Assembly (NCBI GenBank): GCA_043821645.1
Contig: JBDRCO010000058.1
Coordinates: forward strand, 1 to 19,804
Source of the DNA: Pseudomonadota bacterium
GTDB taxonomy: Bacteria > Myxococcota > JACRCW01 > JAFGSX01
DNA: 19,804 nucleotides
Direction of reading: 5' to 3'
Part shown: positions 18,601 to 19,804 of the stretch, piece by piece
Layout of the letters: each line of letters begins with the position of its first letter
How positions within the stretch are numbered: the first letter of the stretch is position 1
Notes under the pieces: generated by a model
Seen by the model: only the letters and a program-made list of their open reading frames with translations
What the model was told of the DNA's origin: nothing
Databases searched by the model: none
Program-made: the position numbers and the translations under genes

Positions 18601-19804
18601 GCGCACCGTCGAGCGTGGATCCGTGACGCTGCTGTAGCGCTTCGTGCTCTGCTTGAGCAGCACCAGGGGCTGCGTCCCCACGTTGTCTTCGAACTGGAGC
18701 CCGTCAAAGTCCGTGAGCTGCAGGAAGGGGAACCCGCCCGCAGCGTGCTCGGAACGAACACGCCCGAGGACACGCCCCGAGGTATCGACGGCCCGGATGG
18801 CGGTTCCCCCGCGCCACAGGAAGCCCTTCTCGGGGAGCGTGTCGTACCCATAGAGCTGGCCAAGGGAGCGCTCCGACGGCAGCAGGGTCTTGGTCCATCG
18901 AAGATTCGAGGTGCACACCGAGTTGGAGGAGCACAGCGTCATGTCGGGGTTGATGCCGAAGGGTCGCGCGGCTTCACCGCCACCCGGCGAGGGATTGACC
19001 ACGATCAGCGCGTAGTCGACGAGATCGTTGTAGTACAGACCGGTGGTCGGGATGGAGACCTCGACATAGCGATCTGTCGGGCTCAGTTCGGTGAACACGC
19101 TGACCGTGCCGTAGTTGGATCCCAGCCTGAACTGCGCGTTGTCCATGAACTTGCTGCCCCAGACCTTGATGGAAGCTGCGGTGGGCTCCGGCACGCCCCC
19201 TGGCGCGGTGCGCGTCACACCCCTGGGCTCGATGCGGGTGATGACAGGCAGCGGCGAGGTCACGTAGAAGAAGTCGGTGTCGGCGGAGGTATTGAGCCCG
19301 TTGACAACGGGATCGGGCGTGAACAGCCGCACCACGTAGGTCCCGGCGTTGCGCATGATGGTGTCGGGCAGATTGACGGTGCAGCTCTCGGCGCAGGTGG
19401 TCTGGCAGGTACTGCCGGTTCCGCACAGACCGTTGGCGTCCGGCTGGCAGTCTGCGCCCTGCCCTCCCGTGTTGCAGGTCAGCTGGAAGTCACCGACGAT
19501 GATCTGGGTGTCGATGGCGATGCCGCGCCCGGTCACGGTGACAGGGTACTTTGGGCTGAGGCTCTCGCGGGACAGGGCCTCGTACTGGTCGGGAGACAGG
19601 GCTGTGAGCACGGGTTGGGGCCTGGGCAAGTAGGTGCCCAGAGTGATGTTCTGGTAGGCGACCGCCGTGGCATTGCCCGCCTCGTCGCAGAAACGCCAGC
19701 ACACGCGCTTGTCTGCCTTGCCCGTCGACAGGGTGAAGGTGGTATTCGACGAGAAGGGCTCGATGCCGGGGTCGCTGCAGGTCTTGGTGCCGCAGGCGCT
19801 GGCG
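15649..19804 (-). CDS. Large FG-GAP/VCBS-repeat surface protein, C-terminal 1384 aa (start lies beyond the right edge)
   Basis: The frame stays open to the edge (ASACGTKTCSDPGIEPFSSNTTFTLSTGKADKRVCWRFCDEAGN...), so the track's start at 19704 is an internal Val codon. It contains two IPT/TIG-like domains (PVLTALSP...VTVTGRG; PVITRIEP...IKVWGSKF...VVNPSPGGG), 14 FG-GAP motifs, a P-proprotein-like domain (LTLFAPNG...GDWTLRV) and a PPC-like domain (FDTILGLY...CNDD...GTWCLMVSG). Confidence 0.88.
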   Translation of the reverse strand, partial: ASACGTKTCSDPGIEPFSSNTTFTLSTGKADKRVCWRFCDEAGNATAVAYQNITLGTYLPRPQPVLTALSPDQYEALSRESLSPKYPVTVTGRGIAIDTQIIVGDFQLTCNTGGQGADCQPDANGLCGTGSTCQTTCAESCTVNLPDTIMRNAGTYVVRLFTPDPVVNGLNTSADTDFFYVTSPLPVITRIEPRGVTRTAPGGVPEPTAASIKVWGSKFMDNAQFRLGSNYGTVSVFTELSPTDRYVEVSIPTTGLYYNDLVDYALIVVNPSPGGGEAARPFGINPDMTLCSSNSVCTSNLRWTKTLLPSERSLGQLYGYDTLPEKGFLWRGGTAIRAVDTSGRVLGRVRSEHAAGGFPFLQLTDFDGLQFEDNVGTQPLVLLKQSTKRYSSVTDPRSTVRRGDGTFPAGAVPAPATGLTPYAVTLGDLDGDGDLDAAVVANDDSELQIFRWGTSSYSLAAAYPTGAGPRSVLLVDLDGDGDLDTVTANQFSTNISIRHNDGLGNLGPRIDLSSTSCTPTDVAAGDVDRDGTVDLFIVCMNSSNARLRRGHGDGTFDNAITVSVGDYSPVIVDVNNDGWPDLIASRSQTSSTGEFGVALNNGDGTFAAATTNSHANIASPRGMVLADVNEDGALDALVTGYNADLVAVFRGDGRGGFTYSTAYAAGNGPFDIYANDFNGDGRVDMAVAVFSDDTLRVRLGTGSGTFGAETVYTGGGDTPRCVAGGDIDADGVIDLVTSNINSHELNVFMGNQGDRLGMMYMRDVSTLGSDAWGVAYADIDRDGNLDAIIAPYSGSGGVRAESQGTGVFTWSAFAMQSSPSVPTFFDVDGDGITDMLQPTNDGDGQVAVQMGIGDGTFGSATLYEVGDNPATGNAFPKQVVVADFDRDRRPDFAVTNSGDSSVTVYRDNDVNLSGAFSNKLNIATTASPWGLALDDVDNDGDVDLVVAIDTGIQVLRNGNNNGTGFSMVALTEVTFSGGAMSAEPWDIDGDGDRDLIASGDSGITILINNGSGVFTAGPPAGSGVLYTAAVGDLDGDGLPEVVAPRYNYDEAVFMRWDGSAWSSPRSYSTGAEPIMAGMADFNRDGALDYMVTARDTDQVLVRLSPAPGRWTQELTDMPAPSVSIANGATYNTTVHQAMQYADTTRVRVRLRSNSFTNTTLTLFAPNGLSTSVPKTGCTNGTDCVILNDITTTGMVDAFLPEGDWTLRVANSSGNVVTLTDFAVITNGYPIAPRPGFNRMFAETLPLYAGKRYTFVKGSNLGNGDHTSTTTDCTKASTEQSGSGNHWYQFTLPAANGIAVDVMGGFDTILGLYSGACSSGTGATVCNDDAGLVTGDHFSRIGNYVTPTYVSVAAGTWCLMVSGDFAGSLFNEGDYIMYVRFQNAL
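16531..18526 (-). repeat. 14 FG-GAP/VCBS Ca-binding repeats (probably two 7-bladed propellers)
   Basis: DLDGDGDLD, DLDGDGDLD, DVDRDGTVD, DVNNDGWPD, DVNEDGALD, DFNGDGRVD, DIDADGVID, DIDRDGNLD, DVDGDGITD, DFDRDRRPD, DVDNDGDVD, DIDGDGDRD, DLDGDGLPE, DFNRDGALD. Confidence 0.9.

Noticed and set aside
19702-19704. ORF-track start of the 1351-aa protein
   Set aside because: The frame is open to the window edge and this GTG falls mid-repeat with no signal peptide, so the real start lies outside the window.

Overview
High-GC bacterial window with mostly minus-strand genes. The gene content resembles Myxococcota or other former Deltaproteobacteria; this is an inference from the stand-alone PilZ protein, the giant Cys-rich lipoprotein and the NuoD C-terminus. 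In transcription order (right to left): (i) the 3' ~4.15 kb of a very large surface protein that starts beyond the right edge (Ig-like repeat, two IPT/TIG-like domains, 14 FG-GAP/VCBS repeats, P-proprotein-like and PPC-like domains); (ii) a small plus-strand PilZ gene; (iii) a 2708-aa predicted lipoprotein with about 12 'DxAGN...LDxxPP' Ig-like repeats, FN3 domains and twelve C-x(3-7)-C-x5-W repeats that probably form two disulfide-stapled beta-propellers; (iv) a partial complex I cluster, nuoC-nuoD-nuoG-nuoH, with no nuoAB, nuoEF or nuoI-N; (v) a membrane-anchored SGNH/GDSL protein overlapping a NodU/CmcH-family carbamoyltransferase that runs off the left edge and is absent from the ORF track. 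The best candidate for something new is the pair of giant proteins that share a stalk repeat, carry different double-propeller heads and flank a PilZ gene. I saw no RNA genes, CRISPR arrays or mobile elements. All family assignments come from motif recognition by eye; no searches were run.
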